Shown piece after piece: positions 27,614-37,492 of a stretch of 64,000 nt of DNA (position 1 is the stretch's first letter; every line of letters begins with the position of its first letter). Origin of the DNA: Chloroflexota bacterium (GTDB lineage Bacteria > Chloroflexota > Dehalococcoidia > Lucifugimonadales > UBA3495); NCBI GenBank assembly GCA_009840135.1, contig VXOH01000101.1, positions 8,106-72,105 of the forward strand, read 5' to 3'. A model generated the notes under the pieces. That model was not told the DNA's origin. It saw only the letters and a program-made list of their open reading frames with translations, and made no database searches. A program made the translations under genes and the position numbers.

Positions 27614-27834
27614 CATATACCTGGCATACTACTGGGGCCTGAACGACCTGGAATCTGTGCGGGGCTCGGCAATTTAGAAACTATCTCAATACCGGTGCTG
27701 GTTGTCCCAACGGGATTTCCAACCTGCCTGCTCGCCCTCACCCTAACCCTCTCCCAGAGGGAAAGGGGACTTTCGAGCTAGTCTCGTAGACCCGAAGGTA
27801 CCGTATTTCCTTCTTGCGGTCGGCGGCGCCATAC

Positions 27835-28575
27835 CTAGAGCTGACCAATGGCCATCCGTTGCGCCGCGAACAGGGGCTCCATTCCCCGGGCGGCCAGGGC
27901 CAGGATTTCCTCGACCCTGTGCCTGGGGAAGGGATCAGCCTCCGTGGCGCCCTGCAGCTCTACCAACCCACCCCGGTCGGTCATGACAACGTTGAAATCC
28001 ACCTGGGCATCGAAATCCTCCCGGTAGCATAGGTCCAGCAGAAGCTCTTGACCCACCAGCCCAACGCTGACTGCGGCCACGGCGCTGGCCAAGGGGACCC
28101 GACGCAGTATCCGATTATCCACCAGCACCTTAGTAGCCTGGTACAGGGCGACGTAGGCCCCGGTTATGGCCGCCGTTCGGGTCCCCCCATCGGCCTGAAT
28201 CACGTCGCAATCTATTTGTACCGTGCGTTCCCCGAGGGCTTCCAGATCGGTAACGGCCCGCAGAGCCCGGCCAATGAGCCGCTGTATTTCCTGGGACCGG
28301 CCGCTGATTCTTCCCGTGTCCCGGTCACGGGGGGTGCGGGTGTTGGTGGACCGGGGCAGCATGTTGTACTCGGCAGTTACCCAGCCCTGCCCCTTTCCCC
28401 GAAGAAACGGGGGGACACGTTCGTCGAGAGACGCGGCGCACAAAACTTTTGTCAGGCCGCTTTCGATCAGCGCCGACCCTTCGGCGAAGCGTTGATAACC
28501 GGGGGTGATAACAATGGGGCGAGGTTGGTCCCAACGCCGACCGTCACTTCTAGTCAATTCAGATCTCCTGACCAT
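27835..28575 (-). CDS. rph: ribonuclease PH
   Basis: RSDGRRWDQPRPIVITPGYQRFAEGSALIESGLTKVLCAAS ... GWVTAEYNMLPRST ... DCDVIQADGGTRTAAITGA. Confidence 0.95.
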   Translation of the reverse strand: MVRRSELTRSDGRRWDQPRPIVITPGYQRFAEGSALIESGLTKVLCAASLDERVPPFLRGKGQGWVTAEYNMLPRSTNTRTPRDRDTGRISGRSQEIQRLIGRALRAVTDLEALGERTVQIDCDVIQADGGTRTAAITGAYVALYQATKVLVDNRILRRVPLASAVAAVSVGLVGQELLLDLCYREDFDAQVDFNVVMTDRGGLVELQGATEADPFPRHRVEEILALAARGMEPLFAAQRMAIGQL

Positions 28576-28662
28576 TAATGTATATGCGGATTTTTAAGTA
28601 AGGCCTGAACAAGTCGCCTCTAGTACTCAGTCAAGGCAGGAATAGGGGGGTTGCACGATGTT

Positions 28663-28725
28663 CCGTTCGTGGTGAGCTTGTCGAACCACAGTTCGGTGGC
28701 CCTTCGACAGGCTCAGGGCGAACGG
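28663..28725. repeat. REP-like imperfect palindromic element
   Basis: The arm at 28663-28687 is the exact reverse complement of 1113-1137. The second arm at 28701-28725 pairs with it at 19/25 positions. It sits between rph and comEC. Confidence 0.7.
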
Positions 28726-28830
28726 GTCTTTCCCTGTCATTACCAGCTTGACTGTGTACTAGCCCGTCGTTCCCAAAGCTGATATGCGATAGCCTTGGAC
28801 TCATTCAAAGGTTCCCCAAATACTCTGGCG

Positions 28831-31398
28831 CTATTCCTGCATCGCCAAGGACGGGTTTCCCCGCTCCGTCTTCACCCACAGCCTCTTCCCATCGGTGCTG
28901 AAGCTGATAGTGCCCTGGCTGGCGGTGTCGAATATACCTGATTTTCCCACAGTCTGCTCCAGCCGGGATAGCACGTCGGAATGGGGATGGCCATACTGGC
29001 TGTCCTGGCCGGCCGAGATCACAGCCCATTCAGGGTTTACCGCCGTGAGGAAGGTACCGGTGGAGGAAGAACTGCTGCCGTGATGGGCCACTTTCAGGAC
29101 GTCGCTCTCAAGGGAATCGGCATTCCTGACGAGATAGCGTTCCGCCTCCGATTCGATGTCACCGGCCAAGAGGAAGCTGATCTCGCCGTAAGCCAATTGA
29201 AGCACCACGCTGTTGTTGTTAGCGTCCCAGGCGGGCCCCCGCAAGGGAATGGAGGCAGGGTGCAATACTTTCAGTGATACGTTCCCGTCCAGGTTAACGG
29301 TCTGCCCCGCCGCCACCGTGATGGCGTTGTGCCCGCCTCTTCCCAGGGACGAATTCCATTCCGGATAGAGTAGACTCTCGGTGTCGGGAGCGCCCGCCAG
29401 AACAAGCTCCACGCGGTAATTCTCAAGGACCCTGAGCAGGCCCCGGCTGTGGTCGGCATCGAGATGAGTCGCTACCAGCAGGTCCAGGCTTCGGTCCCAC
29501 GGTGGCAGGATTTCAGCCATGGCCTGAGTTCCGCCGGCGTAGTCGGGCCCTCCATCCACCAGCACATTTCCTCCCTCGGGCAACTCCAGGAGGATGCTGT
29601 CTCCCTGGCCCACGTCAAGGAAATGGACGTGAAGGCGGTTGTCGCCGCCGTCAATAATCTGCGAAATCACGTATGCTGCCGCCAGGACCAGCATAACCGC
29701 AGCCAGGAGAATAACACCGCTCGGCGCGGCGCCCAACCTTCCGCCCGCCACGAGGACCTCATCACGTACCCGGGTTGCCGATGATATCATCGCGAGCCTG
29801 GACAGCACCCGCACGCGATACATTCTCGTGTCAGCCAGTACCAGCACACCCAGCAGCGCGCCGTACCAGGCCCAGGCCAGTCCCGAATCTTCCAGCGTGA
29901 CAGCGACAGTCCAGTTCGGAATCCATTCCACCAGTTGAAGCAGCAAGGTCAGCGGTATGGCTCCCACCAGCCCGAATGCCTGCCCGACCAGGGGATGGAC
30001 GAGTCCCAGCACCGCGACGGAAGCGGCTCCCATCAGACAGAAAGGCAAGAGAGGAGTGGCAATAATAGTGGCGGGTATCCCCAGGAGAGGCAGCTGTTGA
30101 AAGTGGACCAGCACCAGGGGCAGGGTGGCCAAAGTGGCAGCCGCCGATATGACCATACCCGCCGCCATCCAGCCAAGCAGGGCTCCCAGCCCCGGCCCCA
30201 ATTTCCACTTGACCGTCTGAAAGCGCGATTCGATCAACTTTCCGGTCGCTTCCTGCCATGGCAGCGAGAGGGCAATCCCGGCCATGGCGGCAAAACTGAG
30301 TTGAAAGGAAATCTGGGTAGCCAGCGCCGGACTGACGGCCGTCATGACAAGGGCGCTGAGGGAAAGAGCGGGCAGCAGCGAGTCTCTCGGCCTGCCCAGG
30401 CCCAGGGCGGCAAGATAGATACTTCCCATTATGGCCGCCCTGATCACCGAGGGAGGAGCCCCACTCAGCAGAACGTACAGCCAGACCAGCCCCAGGGTGA
30501 CCAGCAGCGGAGCTGGCGTGTGTCTGCCCAGCGTACCCTGGAGAACTCCCACCGCCACCAACAGGAAAATTCCCAGGTGCAGACCCGATATGGCCAGCAG
30601 GTGGGAAGTCCCGGTCTGCCGGAAGTTTTCGGTAACATCAACCGGCAGTTGCCCCCGAAGGCCGAGGAGCAGCGCCTGGGCCAGCGCCGCCTGCTCCGGC
30701 GGAAGCGATTTATCCAGGCTGCGGAACAGGTGGCGGCGACTGTCGAAGACCCATCCCTTGAATCGGTCAGCCAGTGCCTCCTTCGTTGCCAGGGCATAGC
30801 CGCCTGCCTTTCTATCCGGGTCTCCAGTAAGGGGGGCCGATTCGCGGGCCCACAAAACCGCAAATATCCCCTTGCTCTCCAGGTAGGCGGGATAATCGAA
30901 CCCCTCAATGGGTTGTGGACGCTGCAGGCGTCCCGACAGTTCAAGCAAGTCCCCAAAGCGGAAATAGGGTAGGGGACGCTGGCTTACCAATTCCGGCGCG
31001 GGGTGGGCATAAACAAGCAATCTCGTACTGCCGACAGGAAAATCCATGTCAAGCGCCTGAACCTGCCCCTCCAGCGTCTCCACATCCAATGCAAAGCGTA
31101 TGCGCCCTCCGGTTGCTTCCGGGTCGTCGGCCACTTTCCCGCGAACCGTAACCTGCGCCTCGTCCCGCAACAGGGCGGGAGCTGGTTCGGCCTGGAGAAT
31201 CTCGAATCTCCACACGCCCAGCAAGCAGACACCCAGCATGATCAGCGGCAAATGGCGCAATCCCGCCAGCCTGAGGGCCAGGCCGACGCAGAGGAATAAG
31301 AGGGCGGCAATTAGGGGAAGAAGGGGGGTTGCATCGTACCAGCGGAAGGCCAGGCCCAACCCCAGCAGCCAGGCGGCCGCCAGCCAGGTCAGCTTCAT
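28831..31398 (-). CDS. comEC: DNA internalization competence protein ComEC/Rec2 with a C-terminal metallo-beta-lactamase domain
   Basis: 855 aa with a polytopic core (SHLLAISGLHLGI) and an MBL motif (VATHLDADHSRG ... VAHHGS). Confidence 0.9.
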   Translation of the reverse strand: MKLTWLAAAWLLGLGLAFRWYDATPLLPLIAALLFLCVGLALRLAGLRHLPLIMLGVCLLGVWRFEILQAEPAPALLRDEAQVTVRGKVADDPEATGGRIRFALDVETLEGQVQALDMDFPVGSTRLLVYAHPAPELVSQRPLPYFRFGDLLELSGRLQRPQPIEGFDYPAYLESKGIFAVLWARESAPLTGDPDRKAGGYALATKEALADRFKGWVFDSRRHLFRSLDKSLPPEQAALAQALLLGLRGQLPVDVTENFRQTGTSHLLAISGLHLGIFLLVAVGVLQGTLGRHTPAPLLVTLGLVWLYVLLSGAPPSVIRAAIMGSIYLAALGLGRPRDSLLPALSLSALVMTAVSPALATQISFQLSFAAMAGIALSLPWQEATGKLIESRFQTVKWKLGPGLGALLGWMAAGMVISAAATLATLPLVLVHFQQLPLLGIPATIIATPLLPFCLMGAASVAVLGLVHPLVGQAFGLVGAIPLTLLLQLVEWIPNWTVAVTLEDSGLAWAWYGALLGVLVLADTRMYRVRVLSRLAMISSATRVRDEVLVAGGRLGAAPSGVILLAAVMLVLAAAYVISQIIDGGDNRLHVHFLDVGQGDSILLELPEGGNVLVDGGPDYAGGTQAMAEILPPWDRSLDLLVATHLDADHSRGLLRVLENYRVELVLAGAPDTESLLYPEWNSSLGRGGHNAITVAAGQTVNLDGNVSLKVLHPASIPLRGPAWDANNNSVVLQLAYGEISFLLAGDIESEAERYLVRNADSLESDVLKVAHHGSSSSSTGTFLTAVNPEWAVISAGQDSQYGHPHSDVLSRLEQTVGKSGIFDTASQGTISFSTDGKRLWVKTERGNPSLAMQE

Positions 31399-31504
31399 GA
31401 CTCCAGCCGAAACAGTCGAGGATTCACAGGCAAGGATGAATCACTGGGGCTCAGTCCTGCGGCGCGCCTGGTGGCTAAGCAAGGCAACGACAACGTCCTG
31501 GGAG

Positions 31505-32320
31505 TCACCGGCCCACCGTGACAAGGTTCCTGACGTTATCCAATATGCCCTGTCCTATACCTGAAACGGCAGTCAACTCTTCAATTGCCGTAAAGGGACC
31601 ATGCCGGTCCCGATAACCGATTATGGCCGCAGCCCGGGCAGGGCCGATGCCGGGAAGGGTTTCCAACTCCGCTTGATCAGCGGTATTGAGGTTGACCGGT
31701 GCGGCCGGTGCGTCCATGGTAGTAGAAGCCTCTTTCTGGGCTCCAGGCAGTTCACCGGTCAATGAGTCCGCCGCCAGGGGAGGGGCCGGCTGAGTCGGCG
31801 AGCTTTCCCTCCGGGGCTCCGTGGTATCCTCGCTGGGCCCGAACTGCGAGTTGGACGGCGAATTGGACGGAGGGGCGGACTGCGAAACCGGCTCCGGCTT
31901 GGACGGTATGTAGTAATAGCCTTCGTCGCGGATTCTTAGCGCCAGGTTGACGGCCTCCAGGTCCGCTCCCTCAGCCGGCCCGCCGGCCGCGGCTACGGCG
32001 TCCACCAGCCTGTCGCCCTCGACCAGGGAATAGACATCCGGGCGCCGGACTGCGCCCGCAATGTAGACCCTGATTTCCGCCGAGGACTGGCTCCTCGCTG
32101 CGGTTGCCGGCAACGGTTCCGTACTTTGTGGGGACTGGAGTGTGGCCAGCGTCGGCACGCCGGGAGTTTCCGATGGGCCGCTGTTTCTGGTTGCGGTTAG
32201 TTCAACCTCGGTAGCCGGCTTGCTTCCCACGAACACCAGGGCCAGGGAAACGACCAGGACCGCGCCGGCAAGGACGAGAACGCCAATAAGGGCCAGTCGA
32301 ATTGGGGAGAGGTTCCGCAT
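31505..32320 (-). CDS. comEA: ComEA-type DNA-binding competence protein (TM anchor, SLBB domain, helix-hairpin-helix)
   Basis: IRVYIAGAVRRPDVYSLVEGDRLVDAVAAAGG plus VNLNTADQAELETLPGIGPARAAAIIGYRDRHGPFTAIEEL. Confidence 0.9.
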   Translation of the reverse strand: MRNLSPIRLALIGVLVLAGAVLVVSLALVFVGSKPATEVELTATRNSGPSETPGVPTLATLQSPQSTEPLPATAARSQSSAEIRVYIAGAVRRPDVYSLVEGDRLVDAVAAAGGPAEGADLEAVNLALRIRDEGYYYIPSKPEPVSQSAPPSNSPSNSQFGPSEDTTEPRRESSPTQPAPPLAADSLTGELPGAQKEASTTMDAPAAPVNLNTADQAELETLPGIGPARAAAIIGYRDRHGPFTAIEELTAVSGIGQGILDNVRNLVTVGR

Positions 32321-32548
32321 AGAATGGAAGATTTAATCCTTTACGGGCCGCCGCACTGGCGCGAAGAGCAGCCCCATCCACGGCGTCACATCATTTTGGT
32401 ATTGGCACAGTGATCCGGCGGAATTATAGACGGAATACCCGGCAAACCATATACATCGTTATGGAATGTAAACCCCGGTTGCCTACGAAATGGCGATTGG
32501 CGGGACGACCAGGCGACCGGCCCCATGGGAATCGCTCGGGATAGGTGG

Positions 32549-32576
32549 TTGCACCTGCGAAATCAGATAGTATAAT
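32549..32576 (+). promoter_or_regulatory. near-consensus promoter (TTGCAC-16-TATAAT)
   Basis: -35 at 32549-32554, -10 TATAAT at 32571-32576. A roughly 60-nt leader carries a GAGTAACC direct repeat and a GGGAGG RBS before ATG 32642. Confidence 0.6.
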
Positions 32577-32641
32577 CAGGAGTAACCGGTCGAAAGCGAG
32601 TAACCAGGGAAAAAGGCCAACGAAACTGGGAGGAAAATGAC

Positions 32642-33085
32642 ATGACTCAACCAGTAATGCATGCACAGATGGGCGGATCAACCAGTGGTATGGAAGAACT
32701 GGTCCAGGCAGGCGCGGTAACCTTTGGTTTGCAATATCGGACCAACGTGGGCGCGATGGATGACGAGGGGATCTGCATTCACGTGTACGGCAATGAGATT
32801 GAAGGCGACGACAAGGAATTGCTGCGCTTTGACTGTTTCCGAATAAATCCACACTACCACTATCGCAACAAGCCGATGGACAAGAACGACCGCCTGGAGC
32901 TGGATTTCACCGCCGAGGGCGACCCCCTGTCCTGGACTCTGGACAAGATTCGAAACCGGCTTCCCATAATGCTGATTCGCTGCGATGCCGACGGGGTGGC
33001 CCGCAGCGTGGACCAGCGGGACGTTGATGCCGCGCTACCCAAAATCGTCGCATGGGCGGAAACAAAGACCCACAACCGGGGTTAG
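32642..33085 (+). CDS. hypothetical protein, paralog of 15592..16068 (E-[VL]-LRFDC ... H-x-H family)
   Basis: 147 aa with the core KELLRFDCFRINPHYHYRN. It has its own promoter and terminator. Confidence 0.75.
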   Translation: MTQPVMHAQMGGSTSGMEELVQAGAVTFGLQYRTNVGAMDDEGICIHVYGNEIEGDDKELLRFDCFRINPHYHYRNKPMDKNDRLELDFTAEGDPLSWTLDKIRNRLPIMLIRCDADGVARSVDQRDVDAALPKIVAWAETKTHNRG

Positions 33086-33130
33086 AGGCCAACGGGTGGG
33101 CAGGTAGGACCTTTTACCTGCAACAACTTA

Positions 33131-33164
33131 CAGGGTGGGAAATTTCCCACCCTGTCGCTTTTGG
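33131..33164 (+). terminator. rho-independent terminator
   Basis: Perfect 24-nt palindrome CAGGGTGGGAAATTTCCCACCCTG (33131-33154) followed by TCGCTTTTGG. Confidence 0.8.
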
Positions 33165-33239
33165 CACAAGGTTCTTCGCGGCGGCCTGGACAATGGGCCT
33201 GGCACGGCGCTCCATCAAGCTCTGAGAGGGAATTTGCCG

Positions 33240-33971
33240 GTGGTTTTAAGGATTTATGCAGTTCTTTCGGTATTGCTCCTGGCAGCATTGTCCTGCGGCG
33301 GGATGGAGACCGTGAGGTTGGGAACCGAGGGGGCATACCCTCCTTTTGCCTACCTGAACGATGACCGGAACCTGGAGGGCTTTGAGATAGACCTGGGTGA
33401 GGAGATGTGCCGCCGGGTTCAATTGAAGTGCCAATGGGTGGTAAACGACTGGGACAGCATAATCCCAAACCTGCAGGACGAGAAATACGACGCCATCATG
33501 GCCGCCATGAGCATTACCGAGGAACGGGATAAGTTGGTAGATTTTACTCAACCCTACTATCCCCCGGAGGCATCACGGTTCGCCGCCCTGGCCGGCGCGG
33601 ATGAGTCGGTTACCAGGGGACGGGTGGCGGTCCAGGAGGCCACGGTTCAGGCGGATTACCTGGATGGCCGGGTTGCCCAGTTGAAGGAGTATCAACTGGC
33701 GGAAGAAACCATTGACGCAGTGCTGCAGGGACAGGCTGACTCCGTATTCGCCGGCGCTTCCTACCTGAGGGAGATACTGCCGGAGAGTGAGGGTCGACTT
33801 GCCTACATGGGTCCGCAGGTTGTCCTCGAAAAGGGAACGGGTATCGCTGTGCGTGAAGGAGACGAGGCTCTACTGGAGAAGTTGGACCACGCCATCAGCA
33901 TGATGAAGGAAGACGGGTCGCTGAACGAACTGATCGCCAAGTGGTTTGGAGATGCGGGCCAGACTTTTTAG
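33240..33971 (+). CDS. family-3 (polar amino acid type) ABC solute-binding lipoprotein, orphan
   Basis: GTG 33240 follows GAGAGGGA. Signal plus lipobox (VLSVLLLAALSCGG). TEGAYPPFAY ... WDSIIPNLQDEKYDAIMAAMSIT. The ORF-track start at 33135 lies inside the upstream terminator. Confidence 0.75.
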   Translation: MVLRIYAVLSVLLLAALSCGGMETVRLGTEGAYPPFAYLNDDRNLEGFEIDLGEEMCRRVQLKCQWVVNDWDSIIPNLQDEKYDAIMAAMSITEERDKLVDFTQPYYPPEASRFAALAGADESVTRGRVAVQEATVQADYLDGRVAQLKEYQLAEETIDAVLQGQADSVFAGASYLREILPESEGRLAYMGPQVVLEKGTGIAVREGDEALLEKLDHAISMMKEDGSLNELIAKWFGDAGQTF

Positions 33972-34262
33972 GATGGTCTTTAAATAGTCACCACAAGGAG
34001 CGAAGTCGAGTCCTGCATCATTGTGCCGGGCGTGGGTCTAATTGTTGGGGGGAAGCGGCTTTCTTGAGAGGTGAATCCTGACCCTGCCGTCGGTGGCCGA
34101 GTCTTGCCGGCTCACCCCCTCAACAGTCGCTGCGCCTTCCCCGGCCCAAGCGCCGCTCGGTCAAGGTGGCCCTGTAGAGTCCACGGGATAATGGTTCGCT
34201 GGCCACGCGCAGGCGTGTGATAAACTAGGTCACCGTTTCCACTTCGACTAACAGGAGGACTT

Positions 34263-34808
34263 ATGCCCCCCAAGCAGTACGCCAGCGCGCCTTCCCTCAT
34301 TCTTGACCCTACCAAGCGTTACTTTGCCACTATAAGCACCGGCCAGGGCGACATGGTGCTGGAGCTTTTCGCGGCAGAGACGCCCCGGACTGTCAATAAT
34401 TTTGTTTTTTTGGCAAGGGAAGGATTCTATGAGGAAGGTTGCTTCCACCGGGTTATCAAGGACTTCATGATCCAGGGCGGCTGCCCTGAAGGCAGTGGCC
34501 GAGGCGGCCCGGGTTACCGTTTCCAGGACGAGACGGTGTCCAGGCCTTACGTAAAAGGCACACTGGCCATGGCCAATGCCGGTCCCAATACCAACGGCAG
34601 CCAGTTCTTCATTGTTCACGGCCAGAACGTTGGGCTTCCCCCCAATTACACCATTTTCGGAATGCTGGTGGAGGGAGAAGAAGTGCTTGACAACCTCGCC
34701 AATTCCGCCGTGACCTCCGGGGCAAGCGGGGAACGTTCCACCCCCACCGAGCGGCTGGGAATCACGAACATCGAGATTCACGAGAGGGAAGTGACGCCTG
34801 CGGGTTAA
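34263..34808 (+). CDS. ppiB: cyclophilin-type peptidyl-prolyl cis-trans isomerase
   Basis: FHRVIKDFMIQGGCPEGSGRGGPGYRF ... GTLAMANAGPNTNGSQFFI. Confidence 0.9.
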   Translation: MPPKQYASAPSLILDPTKRYFATISTGQGDMVLELFAAETPRTVNNFVFLAREGFYEEGCFHRVIKDFMIQGGCPEGSGRGGPGYRFQDETVSRPYVKGTLAMANAGPNTNGSQFFIVHGQNVGLPPNYTIFGMLVEGEEVLDNLANSAVTSGASGERSTPTERLGITNIEIHEREVTPAG

Positions 34809-34835
34809 GCCTGCGCTCCAACGCAAAGCAACTCG

Positions 34836-34868
34836 GGCCCCTCTCATCTGGAGAGGGGCCTTCTTTTG
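34836..34868. terminator. terminator between convergent genes
   Basis: GGCCCCTCTC (34836-34845) pairs perfectly with GAGAGGGGCC (34851-34860), then TTCTTTTG. Confidence 0.8.
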
Positions 34869-34903
34869 CCAAAAACGAGGAAAACAGCGCTCGAGCCTTG
34901 CGG

Positions 34904-36364
34904 CTATCTGGCGGCCCCGCGCAGACGGGGCTTGCGGGCAAACAAGAAGAGAACGCCGCCCAGGAAATTGAAGCCCGCCAGGATCAGGAAGGCCATGTCG
35001 TAGGAGTCCTGGATGTCCTTCATGTACCCGGCCATGGGGGAACCGATAAGCAGGAGGACGTTCATGGGCACGGTGGACAACCCCAGGATGCGCCCGAAGG
35101 AAGCGCGCCCGAAATACTCTCCCCGGATTGCGGTGGTGAGCGGGTTGCGACCGCCGAAGCCGATGCCGAACAGAACCGCATACAGGTAGAACATCACCAG
35201 GGTGGAAGACAGGGTCAGAACGACTACCGCCGCCGCCTGGATGGTGGTGAATATAAAGAGCGCTATGTTCTTGGGCCACCGGTCTCCCACATACCCGCCG
35301 ACCAACTGGAAGACCATGGCCGTAGCCGTATATACGACAATGATCCAGCCGGTAGTCTGAACGTCAAAACCCTTGTCCTTCAGGAGCAGCCCCAGGTGTG
35401 TCATGATGGCCAGAATCACCATGGACGTGAAGCCGTGGCCGAAAGAGATTAGCCAGAAGGCGGGCGTTCGCAAGGCCTGGGCCGCAGTCAAATCTGGATC
35501 GTCCTGGACTGCGGAACGCCGCGGGGTGGCGGGCCTGGGCCTTTCCCTTTGGGCCGTCGCCGAGGGCACCGTGGCTTCCGAACCTTCAGGAACCGCCCCG
35601 GAAGCTTCGGGTATAGCCGCCGTCTCCGGCACTCGTTCAGGCGGATCTCCATCTGGCCGCTGACCATAGTCCTGGGGACGGTTGCGGATAAGCCTGGTCA
35701 GAGGGAAGGCGATAACCAGGGTGACGATGCCAAGTATAAGGGCGGTCATCTGCCAGCCCAGCCGGTCCTGCGTCGGATCGATGGCCCACGCAATTGCCGG
35801 CACCAGCAGCAGGGCGCCCAGCCTTCCCCCCACGTTGGACCAGCCCATAGCCGTGGCCCGCCGGCGGGAAAACCAGTTATTTATTGTGGTCATCAGGGGC
35901 AACCAGCTGCCCAGTCCCTGGCCCAGGGCCATGACCAGAAAGGCAGCGTAAAACATCCATAAGTTCTGGACGCTGGCAAAAAGCAGGAATCCCACGCCCA
36001 AAATCATAAGTCCGATGAATATCATCCGGCGCGCGCCCAGGCGGTCCGTGAGGTAACCCTCCAGGGGACCCATGAGCCCGCCTTCAATCCGGGTAAAGGT
36101 CAGCGCCAGCCCCAGTTGGCCCCGACTCCAGCCGAATTGGCTTTCCAGGGCGACGGACCAGACGGCCATTGCGTGGTAAAGGGGAACCGTGGCTATGGTC
36201 ATGGTGAAGCCGCTGAGGATCACCAGCCACCAGCCATAGAAGAGGCCCCGACCGCGCCGGGGTGTGGATGGAATTTGGTCAGCCAAAGCCAAGGTTTCGC
36301 TCGTAGGGGAAGGTAGAAATGGTCGAACCAGAGCGACCTGGTAGCGGTATTCAGCCTGGTCCAA
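34904..36364 (-). CDS. MFS transporter (OFA-like), paralog of 48366..49787
   Basis: 486 aa with LFYGWWLVILSG at the N-terminus and 12 predicted TMs. A long Pro/Ala-rich central loop begins RPQDYGQRPDGDPPE. Confidence 0.8.
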   Translation of the reverse strand: MDQAEYRYQVALVRPFLPSPTSETLALADQIPSTPRRGRGLFYGWWLVILSGFTMTIATVPLYHAMAVWSVALESQFGWSRGQLGLALTFTRIEGGLMGPLEGYLTDRLGARRMIFIGLMILGVGFLLFASVQNLWMFYAAFLVMALGQGLGSWLPLMTTINNWFSRRRATAMGWSNVGGRLGALLLVPAIAWAIDPTQDRLGWQMTALILGIVTLVIAFPLTRLIRNRPQDYGQRPDGDPPERVPETAAIPEASGAVPEGSEATVPSATAQRERPRPATPRRSAVQDDPDLTAAQALRTPAFWLISFGHGFTSMVILAIMTHLGLLLKDKGFDVQTTGWIIVVYTATAMVFQLVGGYVGDRWPKNIALFIFTTIQAAAVVVLTLSSTLVMFYLYAVLFGIGFGGRNPLTTAIRGEYFGRASFGRILGLSTVPMNVLLLIGSPMAGYMKDIQDSYDMAFLILAGFNFLGGVLFLFARKPRLRGAAR

Positions 36365-36518
36365 TTCAGAGGCCTAGTTTACCACATGGTACGGGTAAGA
36401 CTGCTGGGACTAACCTCCGGCGACCCCTTTCTTTCCTGCCTGGTCAAATTGACCCACCGGGTACGTCAACAAACGACTGATTTCTCGCCCGGGCAAGGTC
36501 GCCAGGGTTAATTGACCG

Positions 36519-37358
36519 TCAGCTTTCGGCGTCCCTGGACTCCAGCCAAAGCCGGTAAACCTCTTTCCGGGACAGGCCGGTACCGGTTACCACCTCCGCC
36601 ACCGCATCCCGTGCTCTCGCCCCTGAGCGCCTCAGTTGTACCAGTTGCTGAAGGGCCGCATCTTCAGATTGCCCGGATTCGCTCTGCTCGTTTCCAGCGA
36701 CTGCCCCGGCTACTACCAGGACAAATTCGCCGCGGGGAGAAGTAAAATGCTCCAACATCTCGGTGATTGGTCCCCGGCGCACCTCCTCGTGGAGCTTGGT
36801 TAATTCCCGGCAAACTGCCATATGCCGGTCACCTAGAACGCCCAGCATGTCGTCCAGGGATGAACGCAGCCGATGCGGAGCTTCAAAAAACACCAGGGTA
36901 TTGCCAATCCGGGATATCTCTTCCAGCCTTTTCTGCCTTTCCCGACGGCGCCTGGGCAGGAAACCAACGAACAGGAAAGCATCGGCTGACATACCGGAAG
37001 CTGCCAGCGCAGTGGTTACTGCAGAAGGGCCCGGAATGACCTCCACCCGGTATCCGGCCTCAGCGGCAGCATTAACTATCCCTGACCCGGGGTCGCTGAC
37101 CGTCGGCATTCCAGCGTCGGTAACCAGGGCTGCGTCGCCAGTCTCCAGCGTTTGCAGCAATTCCGAAACGCGACCTGCCCAGTTGTGGGCATTACAGCTG
37201 ACTAATCCAACCCGCAGGCCCAGGTGATTCAGCAGCCGGCGAGTTACCCGGGTATCTTCCGCGGCCACCACCGACACCTCACCCAGCACTCTTGCCGCCC
37301 GCAGGGTAATGTCCTCCAGATTGCCGATCGGGGTACCCACAACGTACAGAGTTCCCAT
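36519..37358 (-). CDS. rsmI: 16S rRNA (cytidine1402-2'-O)-methyltransferase
   Basis: MGTLYVVGTPIGNLEDITLRAARVL ... AAEDTR ... TDAGMPTVSDPG. Confidence 0.9.
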   Translation of the reverse strand: MGTLYVVGTPIGNLEDITLRAARVLGEVSVVAAEDTRVTRRLLNHLGLRVGLVSCNAHNWAGRVSELLQTLETGDAALVTDAGMPTVSDPGSGIVNAAAEAGYRVEVIPGPSAVTTALAASGMSADAFLFVGFLPRRRRERQKRLEEISRIGNTLVFFEAPHRLRSSLDDMLGVLGDRHMAVCRELTKLHEEVRRGPITEMLEHFTSPRGEFVLVVAGAVAGNEQSESGQSEDAALQQLVQLRRSGARARDAVAEVVTGTGLSRKEVYRLWLESRDAES

Positions 37359-37492
37359 GCGGGCACTATATACCGTGACCGATGGGCGTTCAAATCACTT
37401 AAAAAAAGCTTCCCTTGCCGAAAGCCAAACGTGACTGTAAGCTTTAGCAGTTGCAATTCTTGAGACTCAATGAGGGACGAAAGGAGAAACCG

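Noticed and set aside
33135-33239. ORF-track start of the solute-binding protein at 33135.
   Set aside because: It lies inside the perfect palindromic terminator of the upstream gene. GTG 33240, with a GAGAGGGA RBS, gives a normal lipoprotein signal peptide.
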